Below are positions 30,801 to 41,564 of a stretch of 64,000 nt of DNA, in pieces. The DNA is from an uncultured Gemmatimonadaceae bacterium (GTDB lineage: Bacteria > Gemmatimonadota > Gemmatimonadetes > Gemmatimonadales > Gemmatimonadaceae), in contig CAWBOC010000009.1 of assembly GCA_963790305.1 (NCBI GenBank), positions 928,001 to 992,000 of the forward strand. The letters run 5' to 3'. The notes beneath the pieces were generated by a model that was given only the letters and a program-made list of their open reading frames with translations, had not been told where the DNA came from and made no database searches. A program made the position numbers and the translations under genes. Numbering within the stretch: the first letter of the stretch is position 1; each line of letters opens with the position of its first letter.

Positions 30801-33663
30801 CGGCGCGCATGCCTTCCGCGACTTTCGCCCCGAGCCCGCCGGCGTCGGCAAAGAGAAGCACCGGACCCATGTCGGGCGACGTGACGATCGCGGACGGCGT
30901 CGTGCGCCGCCACGAAGGTTGATACAGCCACTGCGCAACGTCGGCGCGCTTCCGCGGCGGTCCATCCTCGGCGACCACACTCGATACACCCTTGCCGGGC
31001 GCAATCCAGTGACGGTGGCGCTCGAACGGATACGTCGGCAGCGGGATTCGACGACGGCGGTCTTCGCCATGGAGAGCAGGCCAATCAACCTCGACACCAT
31101 GCGTCCACAGTCGGCCTAGCGCGCCCAGCGCAAAGGCGACATCGGAGACCTGTTCGTCGGGGTGCCGCATCGACGGGTAGATCCCGTGCGATGCCTGCTT
31201 TGCCGAGTGCTGGCGAGCGAGCGTCGTCAGGGTGCGACCTGGGCCGACTTCGAGCAGCACACGCCGCGGATCGGCGAGAAGCTCGCCGACGCCGTCAGCG
31301 AAGCGGACCGTCTGCCGAAGGTGCCGAACCCAGTAGCTCGGGTCGGTCGCATCGGCGTCGGTGATCCACGTGCCGGTCACATTGGATACGAAGGGCATCT
31401 TCGGCGCACGGAGCGCAATGCCGCGCACGAACGCGCCGAACTCCTGGAGAATCGGCTCCAGCATCGCCGAATGCGCCGCGACATTGATGTGGATGCGGCG
31501 GCAGTCGATCTCCTGCGCGGCGAGCGTGCGCTCCAGCGTCTCGATCGCCCTCACCGGTCCCGATGCGACGCACAGCTCGGGCGCGTTCACCGCCGCGATC
31601 GACAGGTCGGGCGGGAGCATCGGACGCAGCTCTTCGGCGGCAAGCGGAACGCTCAGCATGCCACCCTCGGCGAGCCGCTCGAACAGGCGGCCGCGGATGG
31701 TCACGAGAGAGAGTCCCTCCTCGGCCGAGAAGACGCCGGCGAGGCACGCGGCGGTGTATTCGCCCATGCTGTGACCGATCATCGCCTGCGGCTTGATGCC
31801 CCACGACATGAGCAGCTTCGCGAGCGCGAGCTGAGTGCTGAACAGCGCCGGGAGCGCGAGCGATGGACGCTCCAGCTCCAGAGTGGCTTGCTCGGCATCG
31901 TCGAGGAGTGGGAACATCAACGGCGCGAGGTCCACGCCGTACTCCGCCTTCATGAAGGCGAAGCAACGATCGATTTCGGCGCGATACAGCGGCTCAACCG
32001 CGTACAGGTGGGCGCCCATCGTCGCGTGCTGCGCACCGCCGCCGGCGAACATGAACGCCACGGCCGGAGCTTCCTCGCCGGATTGCTGCGTGGCGATGCG
32101 CTTGGGATCGTTGCTCTCGAGCAGCTCGACCGCCTCGGCGGCATCCACGGCGGCGATGGCGCGCCGGTGCGCAAAGGCCTGTCGGCCAACCTGCAGGGTG
32201 TGCGCGACGTCGGCGAGCGAGACATCAGGGCTGTCGCGCAGGAACCGGGCGAGATTCGACGTCGCGGCGTCCAGCGCTGCCGGAGTTTTTGCCGACATCA
32301 CCAGCAGCTGGTACGGCCGCGATGGCTCATCGGAGGGGGCTGCCTTGGGCGCCTCCTCGAGGATGATGTGGGCGTTCGTTCCACCGGCGCCGAGCGCGCT
32401 GACGCCTGCGCGACGCGGGGCGCCAGCTGACGTCCACTCGCGCAGCGCCGTGTTCACGAAGAACGGGCTGCTCTCGAATTCGCAGCCGGGATTCGGCCGC
32501 TCGAAGTACAGGCTCGGCGGGATCTGCTTGTGCTTGAGCGCGAGCACCGTCTTGATGAGGCCCGCGACACCGGCCGCGGTGTCGAGGTGGCCGATGTTGG
32601 ACTTCACCGAGCCGAGGGCGCAGTAGGCCGACTTGCGCGTCTTCGTACGGAACGCCTGCGTGAGCGCGACGATCTCGATCGGGTCGCCCACGGGAGTGCC
32701 CGTGCCGTGCGCCTCGACGTACGTGATCGTTTCCGGATCGACGCCGGAAATCGCGAGCGCCTCGGCCACCGCTTTCGCCTGGCCATCCACGCTCGGCGCG
32801 AGATAGCCGACCTTCATCGAGCCATCGTTGTTGATCGCCGAGCCCTTGATGATCGCGTGGATCGTGTCCCCATCGGCTATCGCATCGACGGCGCGACGCA
32901 GCACGACGACGCCGACGCCGCTGCCGAAGACGGTGCCCTGCGAGCTCTCGTCGAACGAGCGGCAGTGTCCGTCGGGCGAGACGATCTCGCCTTCCTTGTA
33001 GACGTACCCGGCGACGTGCGGCTGCCGGACGGTGGAGCCACCGGCGATCGCCATGTCGCACTCGCCGTTGAGGAGGCTTTGCACGGCCTGATGGATCGCG
33101 ACGAGCGATGTGGAGCATGCCGTCTGCACGTTCACGCTCGGCCCCGTCAGGTTCATCAGGTACGACACGCGCGTGGCGAGGAAATCCTTGTCGTTCCCGG
33201 TATGACGGAGGAGGAAGAACCCGACCTGCTGCACCAGCTGCGGATTGGTCAGCAGGTTGTTGATCATGTACATGCTGGCGCCGCATCCAGCGTACACGCC
33301 GATCGAGCCGTCGAACGTCTGCGGTACGTGGCCGGCGTGCTCCAGCGCGCTCCAGCTGCACTCGATGAAATGCCGCTGCTGCGGATCCATGATCGACGCG
33401 TCCCGCGGGCTGAACCCGAAGAACGTGCCGTCGAACATCTCCATCTCGGGCAGCAGGAATGCAGCCTTGACGTACTCCGGATCGCCGAGGAGCGCCGGAT
33501 CGATGCCCTCGAGCTGCTGGTCGGTGAGCTGCGTGAGCGACTCGACGCCGTCACGCAGGTTGTTCCAGTATTCGGCCAGATCGCGCGCGCCGGGAAAGCG
33601 TCCCGCCATCCCGATGACGGCGATGTCCGTCTCGGCGACCATGATTTCCTTCGTATTCGTCAT
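27838..33663 (-). CDS. Type I polyketide synthase KS-AT-KR(DH inserted)-Asub-carrier; no TE
   Basis: KS: TACSTS, HGTGT, KSNIGHL. AT: GHSMG. KR: GGLGGIG, LDD, YVAAN. DH: HRIRGGEALIP, HPAMLD. AMP-binding C-subdomain: LPLTSDGKIDR. Carrier: GGHSL. Confidence 0.92.
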   Translation of the reverse strand: MTNTKEIMVAETDIAVIGMAGRFPGARDLAEYWNNLRDGVESLTQLTDQQLEGIDPALLGDPEYVKAAFLLPEMEMFDGTFFGFSPRDASIMDPQQRHFIECSWSALEHAGHVPQTFDGSIGVYAGCGASMYMINNLLTNPQLVQQVGFFLLRHTGNDKDFLATRVSYLMNLTGPSVNVQTACSTSLVAIHQAVQSLLNGECDMAIAGGSTVRQPHVAGYVYKEGEIVSPDGHCRSFDESSQGTVFGSGVGVVVLRRAVDAIADGDTIHAIIKGSAINNDGSMKVGYLAPSVDGQAKAVAEALAISGVDPETITYVEAHGTGTPVGDPIEIVALTQAFRTKTRKSAYCALGSVKSNIGHLDTAAGVAGLIKTVLALKHKQIPPSLYFERPNPGCEFESSPFFVNTALREWTSAGAPRRAGVSALGAGGTNAHIILEEAPKAAPSDEPSRPYQLLVMSAKTPAALDAATSNLARFLRDSPDVSLADVAHTLQVGRQAFAHRRAIAAVDAAEAVELLESNDPKRIATQQSGEEAPAVAFMFAGGGAQHATMGAHLYAVEPLYRAEIDRCFAFMKAEYGVDLAPLMFPLLDDAEQATLELERPSLALPALFSTQLALAKLLMSWGIKPQAMIGHSMGEYTAACLAGVFSAEEGLSLVTIRGRLFERLAEGGMLSVPLAAEELRPMLPPDLSIAAVNAPELCVASGPVRAIETLERTLAAQEIDCRRIHINVAAHSAMLEPILQEFGAFVRGIALRAPKMPFVSNVTGTWITDADATDPSYWVRHLRQTVRFADGVGELLADPRRVLLEVGPGRTLTTLARQHSAKQASHGIYPSMRHPDEQVSDVAFALGALGRLWTHGVEVDWPALHGEDRRRRIPLPTYPFERHRHWIAPGKGVSSVVAEDGPPRKRADVAQWLYQPSWRRTTPSAIVTSPDMGPVLLFADAGGLGAKVAEGMRAAGRDVWTVATGSTYARIGERDFTIAPADREAYEMLFRDLAAEKVAPADIVHCFSVTPPGAVLSSGHVRDLSFYSLLYLAQGVIAEDLSHPIRLSVVSSDMQQVAGEAVLTPEKAQLLGPCKVIAQEMPNVRSRSIDVVLPPSGSWRERQLVQQLIGEVGSPVTDEVVALRGADRWVQTFESVAVDPSTRPSRVRDGGVYLITGGLGGIGLTVAEYLARAAKARLVLVGRSAFPAREEWDGWIARRGENDRVSRAIAQVRSLEALGAEVMVARGDVTDRERMAEIVRTAVDRFGPINGVVHGAGALDDGLIATKDRATAERVLAPKVEGTLSLDAAVAGFELDFFVVFSSRGAVAGPAGQVDYVAANAFLDAFAHRKATLDGTPAIAINWSMWRDVGMAASMGSAGEVDEPAEHPLLDRRVRRTAKEDVFSTVFSIADHWLLDGHRIRGGEALIPGTGYLELAQAAFREAGNVRDLELRDVFFISPFVVHADERRELRVKVRRNGGESEIVIIGEGVAADGSREWHEHARAIALPANGDAPPRVDVNAVIARCAAREQRFTGTEEREHLVLGKRWSNIRRINYGVDEAIATLELPEEFADDLARFALHPAMLDVATACAQQLIHGFDPHADFYVPASYTRLRARGTIPQGCFSHIRYIPSDDKDIAAFDVSILDENGQAVVEIEEFVMMRVSDKGRMASDSTEDRKPVIHVDTPAEDATPAMSLEDAITPAEGVEVFRRALAGAMPLQIVVSPQDLGRYLDHVRAPKAAPGAEPQESTANLAEIEAVLATHEAVRQGIVLSHGERAGTRQMAAYVIYEESTHATVSELRRFLRERLPEDMVPQHFVELDELPLTSDGKIDRAALPNPFGAGDDYVAPRTPMERTVATIWQELLGVPRVSVHDNFLDAGGHSLLAMRVITRIAKQTGVRVNQSALNLLTLEQLAAECEQKAGAVRAQATPAPTEQTESAQAPQGLRQRFLSAFKSASRG

Positions 33664-36600
33664 TTCCGTTCCTGAGGAGTCGCCAGCTCTTCCCAGCTGG
33701 CCGCGGCCGGTCCACGCCGGCGGCGCATCATGGCCTGCCGGCGCGTTTCGGCGCGATCGAGACTCTCTTCCACGCCGCTCACCGTTGCGACACCACCGCC
33801 CATGTGCTTGGCGAGGGAGCGAATCGTCGGGAAGCGGAAGAGGTCGGTAAGCGACACCGGGCGATCAACCGCCGCACGCAGGCGCGAATGCACCCGCACC
33901 GTCAGCAGCGAGTGGCCGCCAATGTCGAAGAAGTTGTCCTGTACACCCACGCGCGGCACGTTGAGAATCTCCTGCCAGATGCCGGCGATCGTGCGCTCGA
34001 GATCATTGTCGGCGGCCACGAACGTTTGTGCCGCCGCGACCAATGCGCCGCTCTCGGGCGCCGGCATTGCCTTGCGGTCGATTTTGGCGTTAGGTGTCAG
34101 CGGGAACGACTCGAGCACCATCACGTGCGACGGCACCATGTAATCCGGCAGCTGAGTCTTCAGCGCCTCGCGCACCGCCACCTGGTCGATCGTCTCCCCT
34201 GGAGCCGCGACGACGTACGCCACAAGCCGTTTGTCGCCCGGGCTGTCCTCGCGCGCGACCACCACCGCCTCGCGAACGCCCGGCTGGAGGGCGACGAGTG
34301 CCTCGATCTCTCCAAGCTCGATCCGGTGTCCGCGAATCTTCACCTGGTGATCGATGCGGCCGAGGAAGTCGACCACGCCGTCAGCACGGAAGCGAGTGAG
34401 ATCGCCCGTGCGATAGAGGCGGCCACCATCCGCGCGGAACGGATTCCGCACGAACCGCTCGGCCGTGAGCTCCTCACGGTTGTAGTACCCGCGGACGACG
34501 CCCGCGCCGCCGATCAGCAGCTCACCCGGGATTCCGACCGGCACTGGCTGGAGATTCCGATCGACGATGTAGAACTCCGTGTTCGCGATCGGCTGGCCGA
34601 TGGGAATCGAGCCGGCGTCGCCGTTCACGTGATACGTGGACGACCAGATCGTGGTCTCCGTCGGCCCGTACATGTTCACGATCTCGGCGCTCGTGAGCGC
34701 TTGCAGCTCGGTCGCCAGCGTCGGCGGGAATGCTTCGCCGCCGATCATGAGCTTCTCGAGTGAGCGGAGCGCGGTGCGTGCCTCGTCCTGCGCCAGCAGC
34801 ATGCTCGCCATGGATGGCGTGCACTGCAGGTGCGTGACGTCATGCCGCGCCGAGCTGCGCCGGCACCGACCATTTTTCGGCGTCGCGCGCTTCGTCACGC
34901 GCGCTACGCTCGCGGACGTTCGCGAGCATATCGAGGCTCTCGAGCACCGAGTCCTCGTCAACGCCGAAGTCGATCAGACACGCGATCTCATCGATCCCAA
35001 CGCCCTTGAGGCGGTTCACCATCCGGACACAGGTGTCCGGCGTTCCCATGAGGGCGCTGGTGTCGAAGTAGCGATGGAACCCGTGATCGAGGATCGCTTC
35101 CCAGTCGTCGGGAGTCAGCGGTGTGGAGCGAATGTCCTGGCCGCGACCCTCGGCGAGATCCTTGATGAGATCGACCGACGTGCGGAGATACTCGCGGAAC
35201 GGGCCGCGCACCTTGTCCTTCACGACCTGCATGTCGCCGCCGACGAAGGTGTGCATCATCAGCGTGACGTGGCCATCGCCGGGGTGACCGGCGTCGCGCC
35301 ACGCCTTGCGATAGATGGCGACGCGCTCGGCGAGCTGCTCGATCTTCTGGCCGAGCAGGTGCGTGAGCAGGTTCGCGCCGATCTCGCCCGCCTTGCGGAA
35401 GGTCTCGGGCGTCCCAGCAGCGGTGATCCAGATGGGCAGGTCCTTCTGCACCGGGCGCGGCAGCGTCTTGACCTCGACGTCCTTGCCCGAGCCACCCTTC
35501 GTCGTGATCGACTCCCCGCGCCACAGCTTCCGCACCGTCTCGATGTACTCGAAGATCACGTCGCGGCGACGCGCGTAGTTGTCAGGCGCGAAGGCGAAGT
35601 CACGGTCGTGCCAGCCGGAGGCGACGGCGATGCCCGCCCGTCCGCCGGAGATGTTATCGACGACCGACCACTCCTCGGCCACGCGCAGCGGATTGTGAAG
35701 CGGGAGCACCACGCTGCCGGCGCGAATCTTCACATTCTTCGTGATGGCGGCGATCGCGGCGCTGGTCACGGCCGCGTTCGGGTAGAGTCCGCCGAACGAG
35801 TGGAAGTGGCGCTCCGGCGTCCACACGGCCTCGAAGCCATGCGCGTCGGCGAACTTGGCGCCTTCCATCAGTAGGCGGTACTTGTCGGCACCCGCCGTCT
35901 GCTCGTTGCTGGCGAAGTAGAAGAGGCTGAAGTCGATCTTGCGATCGACGAACGGCTCGGCCGCCTGCGCGGCCATGCGGGACGCGTCCTGCTCGGCCTG
36001 GATGACGACCTTGAAGCCGCGCGTGAGCGTCCAGAACAGCTCGAGCACCGAGATGTCGAACGAGATGCTGGTGACGGCGAGCCAGGTACCCGGCGCGTCG
36101 GCACCGAGGCGCTCGTCCATCCCGGCGAAGAAGTTGACGACGTTGCGGTGCTCGATCATCACACCCTTCGGCTTCCCGGTGGAGCCGGAGGTGTAGATCA
36201 TGTACGCGAGGTTGCTGGAGCCGGCGTCACGAACGGGAGCGTCCTCGCGCTCGCGCGAGATGGCGTCCCAATCCCGATCGAGGCAGACGACCTTCGCGTC
36301 GCTCTCGGGCAGCCGGTCGAGCAGTCGCCGCTGCGTGAGCACGACCGGCGCGCCGGAGTCGGCGAGCATGAACGCCAGGCGATCCTTTGGATAGGTCGGA
36401 TCGAGCGGCACGTATGCCCCACCAGCCTTGTGAATGCCTAACAAGGCAACCATCATCTCGATCGACCGCTCGGCGAACACGCCGACGAGGACATCGGGAC
36501 CGACGCCAAGCTTCCGCAGTGCCTGGGCGAGCTGATTGGCCCGCGCATCGAGCTCCCGATACGTCAGCTCGTCTGCTTCGAAGACAACCGCCACGGCATT

Positions 36601-39600
36601 CGGCGTGCGCTCGACCTGCGCCTCGAACTGGTGGTGGATGCAAGCGTCCGTCGGAATGACGGTCGTGGTGTCGTTCCACTCCTCGAGCATGACGCGCTGC
36701 TCGGTCCGCGTGAGCACCGGCAGCTGCGACAGGCGCAGCTCCGGATTCGCCGCGACGCCTTCGAGCATCGTGACGAAGTGACCGGCCATGCGCTCGATGG
36801 TCGCCGCATCGAACAGATCGGTGTTGTACTCGAGGTGGCCGGTGTAGCCTGCTTCACCCGCCACGAGCGCCAGCGTGATGTCGAACTTCGCCGCACCCGC
36901 ATCGACGTCGAGCTGGCGAAGGGTGAGCTCCGAGAGCGCGAGCGGCACCAGCGGCGTGTTCTGAAGAATGAAGAGCACCTGGAAGATCGGTGACCGGCTG
37001 AGGTCACGCTCGGGATGCACCGCATCGACGATCCGCTCGAACGGAATGTCCTGGTTCGCGTAGGCACCGAGTGCAGCTTCACGCGTGCGGGTGAGCAGCT
37101 CGCGGAACGTTGGATTGCCGGACAGATCGCCGCGCATCACCAGCGTGTTGACGAAGAACCCGATGAGGTCCTCGACCTCCACTCGACGGCGGCCGGCGAC
37201 CGGCGAGCCGATGATGACGTCGTCCTGTCCCGAGTACCGCCCGAGCAGCGCCTGGAACGACGCGAGCAGCGTCATGAACAGCGTCGCGCCGTCGGTCGCG
37301 CTGACCGTGCGCAAGGCGTCGACGAGCTCGGCCGGCAGCGCGAAGGTGTGGGTCGCGCCGCGGAACGTCTGCACGCTCGGGCGAGGACGATCGGTCGGCA
37401 GATCGAGCTTGGGGAGCGGACCAGCGAGCTGCTTGCCCCAGTACGCAGCCTGTTCGCTCAGCACGTCTTCCTGCAGCCACTCACGCTGCCACTGCGCGTA
37501 GTCCGCGTACTGAATCGGCAGCTCGCTCAGGGGCGACGGCTGGCCGGCAGCGAAGGCCTCATAGAGTGCACCGATCTCGCGGTACAGCACGCCGCGCGAC
37601 CATCCATCGGACACGATGTGGTGCATCGTGAGCACGAGGAGGTGATCGCGCGGGGTGATGCGAACGAGGAGGGCACGGAAAAGCGGCCCGTGCTCGAGAT
37701 CGAAGGGTCGTGCGGCTTCCGCGCGAGTGACGCGGGCGACTTCGGCGTCGATCCCCGCAACGTCGCTGGCGTCGAGATCGCTGATGGAAAGCGCCACATT
37801 GCGCGGCGGCTGCACCATCTGGCCAGGCGTTCCGTCGACTGACGGGAACACCGTGCGGAGTGACTCGTGACGGCGAACGATCTCGCTCAACGAGCGCTGC
37901 AACGCGCCGAGGTCGAGCTCACCCTGCAATCGGATGACCGCCGAAAGATTGTAGGCTGCACTGTCCGGCTCGAGCTGGTTGAGGAGCCACAGCCGCTGCT
38001 GCGCGAACGAGAGCGGAAGCGCGTGATCGCGGGACGCCGCACGAATCGGCGGCATTGCCCGCCCCGCCACCGCGCGGCTCGCTGCCTCGATCGACTCGGC
38101 GAGACGCGCTATCGTGGGGGCCTCGAAGAGGCGGCGCAGCGGGACGTCGACGTTGAACGCCTGGCGAACGCGCGCCATCACGCGCATCCCCATTAGTGAA
38201 TGGCCGCCGAGGGTGAAGAAGTTGTCCTCGACACCGACGCGATCAATACCAAGCACCGACATCCAGATTGCGGCGAGCACCTCTTCGACTGGCGTGCGCG
38301 GTGCGACGAAGCCGGTGCCAAGCTCGAGCGATGAAAGGTCGGGCTCGGGAAGGCGCATGCGGTCGATCTTGCCGTTGGGCGTGCGCGGCAGCGCATCGAG
38401 CGCGACGAACGCCGACGGCACCATGTAGTCCGGGAGCGTCCTGCCGACGAAGCGACGCAGCTCGTCCACCGTAGGCACGGGCGCCGGCGAGTATGCGGCG
38501 ACGATATACGCGACCAGGCGGCGATCGCCGGGTGCGACTTCACGCGACGTCACCACCGCTTCACGAATCGCCGGGTGCGCGCGAATGGCTGCCTCGACTT
38601 CCTCGACCTCGACCCGGAAGCCGCGGATCTTTACCTGGTTGTCGGAGCGCCCGAGGAACTCGATGATTCCGTCCGCGAGCAGGCGCGCGCGGTCGCCGGT
38701 CCGGTAGAGTCGGCCGTTGACCGATTCACTGAATGGATCGGCGATGAACCGCTGCGCCGTGAGCTCCGGCTGATTGAGATACCCGATCGAAACGCCGTCT
38801 CCGGCGATGCACAGCTCACCAGGCACTCCGATCGGAAGCGGACGCAGCTTCGAGTCGAGCACGTAGGCCCGCATGTTCGCGATCGGGCGGCCGATGTGCA
38901 CGATCTTGACGCTGTCCTCGATCACGGCCGGAATCGGATAGACGGTGACGATACCGGTCGTCTCCGTCTGGCCGAACATGTTGATCAGGCGCGCCGGATG
39001 TGCGAACTCGCGCGACCAGATCCGCGGGAGCTCGGAGGGCAGCGGCTCGCTCGCCGTCAGGATCAGTCGCAGCTGATTCTCCAGAACCCTGCGGCGCGCG
39101 TCGGTCGACAACGTGCGAAGCGCCTGAGTGCAATGCTGCCAGTACGAGGGAACGAGATCGATCACCGTCACGCCGCGCGACGCGATAGTCTCGAACAGCG
39201 CAACCGGATCGGCGAGCAGCGCCGGCGAAGCGATCACGATCGTCGCGCCCTGCGTGAGTGGCAGCACGAGCTGCCGCACCGAGGACGAGAACGCCATCGA
39301 GGCGGTGTGGAGGTAGCGATCGCTCGTTGCAATGCCGAGGGCTCCGCGCATCGCCTGCGCATAGTTGCGCAGGTTGCGGTGCGTGACCATGACGCCCTTC
39401 GGCGCACCGGTCGAGCCCGACGTGTAGATGACGTACGCGAGCGAATCGGCGGTCGTGGCGATGCGCGGATCGTCCTCCCGTTCCGAGGCCAGCGCGGTCG
39501 CGTCGTCGAGGCGGATGACCGGCACCTCGATCTCCGGAAGCGCCGAGAGGACGCGCTGCTGCGTGACCATGGCGACGACGCGGGAATCGCCGAGCACGTA

Positions 39601-41268
39601 CGCGTTGCGATCGCGCGGGTACCGCGGATCGAAGGGCACGTACGCCGCGCCAGCCTTCAGGATGCCGAGCACGCCGACGATCATGTCGGGGCCGCGCTCG
39701 ACCGCGAGGCCGACGAGAGCACCCGGCGTTACGCCCGCGGCACACAGGGCATGAGCCAGCTTGTTGGCCCGGCGGTCGAGCTCGCCGTACGATACCACCG
39801 TCCCGTCGAACTCCACGGCCGCGGCATCAGGCGCGTGCGCAGCGTGCTGTGCAATGACCTCGTGAACGAGCGCACCGCTGGTGCGCTCGTGGCGCGTGTC
39901 GTTGTAGTCGATCAGAAGGCGCTGACGCTCCTCGTTCGTGATGAGCGGGAGCTCGCTGAGTGTGCGACCGGGATCGCCTGCCATTCCCTCGAGCAGCGTC
40001 CGCAGATGGCCGACCATTCGGGTGACCGTCGCATCATCGAACCGGTGACGGTCGTACGAGATGCGAAGCAGGACGTCCGGTTCGAGGCTCGCGAAGATCG
40101 ACAGGGGATCGGTCATCTGCTCGATCGACCGCACATCCTGACGACCCCAGCGAGAGCCGAGCATCGCGCGCAGGCCCTGGGTGATTCCCGTTTCGACCAG
40201 CATGAGACTTTCGAAGAGCGGTCGGCCTCGCGGGATCTCCGACCACTCCTGAATCCGCGACAGCGGAGCATGCTCGAACTCGCGAGCGCTGTCCTGCTGA
40301 CGCTGCAGAGCGACGAGCCACTCGAGCAGCGAGCACTCCGGGTCGACGTGCACGCGCAGCGGAACGGGATTCAGAAAGAGGCCAACCATCGAATCTCCGC
40401 CCTCGACCTGTGACCGCGCACGCCCGCGTGCGTCGCCGAAGACGACGTCCGACTCCCCGCTATAGCGGCTGAGCAGAAGCGCCCATGCCCCCTTCACCAT
40501 CGTGTGCAGGGTGAGCCCGTGTCGTTGCGCGAGCGACCGCAGCGCGCTCGTCACGCCCTCCGACAGTCGCAGCTGCTGCTCTCCGAAGTTGCCGTCGGAG
40601 GCGAGCAGCTCGCCTGGCGCTCTCGCCACCATCAGCGGCGTGGGCGCGAGGAACCCACGAAGCAGCTCCGTCCAGTACGTCTCGGCGCGCCCAAGATCCT
40701 GCCGTTGCAGCCAGCCGAGGTAGGACTCGAAGGCGGCCGGCGTGGGGAGCATCGGCGCCTCTCCCTCGACGAGCGCGTCGTAGGCGAGGAAGACCTCACG
40801 CAGGACGATGAGTCGCGAGCGCCCATCGAGCAGCGCGTTGTGCGACGTCCAGACCATCTTCCACTCGCTCTGATCGACGCGGAACATCGCGAGGCGCATC
40901 AGCGGCGCGATCGCGAGGTCGAAGCCGCGACGGCGATCGACGCGCAGGTAGCTCTCGAGGCGGTACTCGTGCTCGGTCGGCGTCAGCCCGCGCCAGTCAT
41001 CGAGCTCGATTGGCAGCGTAACTCCGGCGCCGAGCTCGAGCAGCGGAACCTCGACACCCTCCCACCGGAAGCCACTCCTCAGGACCGCGTGCCGATCCAT
41101 AACTCGTTCCCATGCAAGGCGGAACGAATCGGGTTGCAGGTCGCCGTTGACCGCGAACACGGTCTGCTGAACGAACGCGCCGGACTGCGGCGCATCCAGG
41201 TTGTGCAACAGCATTCCCTGCTGCATCGGCGACAGCCGGTACGCGGTGTCGAGTGTGGTTACGCCCAT
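33660..41268 (-). CDS. Bimodular NRPS C-A-T-C-A(LLM monooxygenase insert)-T, apparent +1 frameshift near 34850
   Basis: C1: SHNALLDG. A1: YTSGSTGAPKG, YRTGD. T1: GGHSL. C2: HHIVSDG. A2: YTSGSTGKPKG, FDISV. The LLM insert has FSLFYF, WTPERHF, AEEWSVVDNISGGR and EIACLIDFG. A2 resumes at THLQCTPS, NMYGPTETT and YRTGD, followed by T2 GGHSL, in ORF 33660-34961. Confidence 0.9.
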
Positions 41269-41564
41269 GTCGCTTACGGTTGAGGCGGGAGACGATTGGT
41301 TTGTGGAACGCCGGCGATCATGCGCGAGAAAGCCACCGATGCCGCGCGCGACGGTTTCGCAAGAACCGAGCGCTCGGCGACCACTGTGTTGGTGGTCGGC
41401 TAAGTCGTTGTCGAGTATAGGGATATCGGCGGTGTTACCACGCTCGAATGCGTGCCACGCGCAGGCCCGTGTGGCGGGTGCGCAACGAGAGCCAATGCCG
41501 CGCAACACCTGATGATGGGGTTCCACACTTCGCGCCTCGCCGCCTCGCGGCGAGGGGTAACGGG

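Noticed and set aside
34840..34961. Genuine two-gene split or programmed frameshift of the NRPS
   Set aside because: One extra base restores a continuous A domain, no slippery site is evident, and similar indels occur across the window.
41269..41526. 86-aa N-terminal extension of the NRPS
   Set aside because: Its composition is atypical, and C-domain homology begins just after ATG 41268 (YRLSPMQQGML). The start is not certain.
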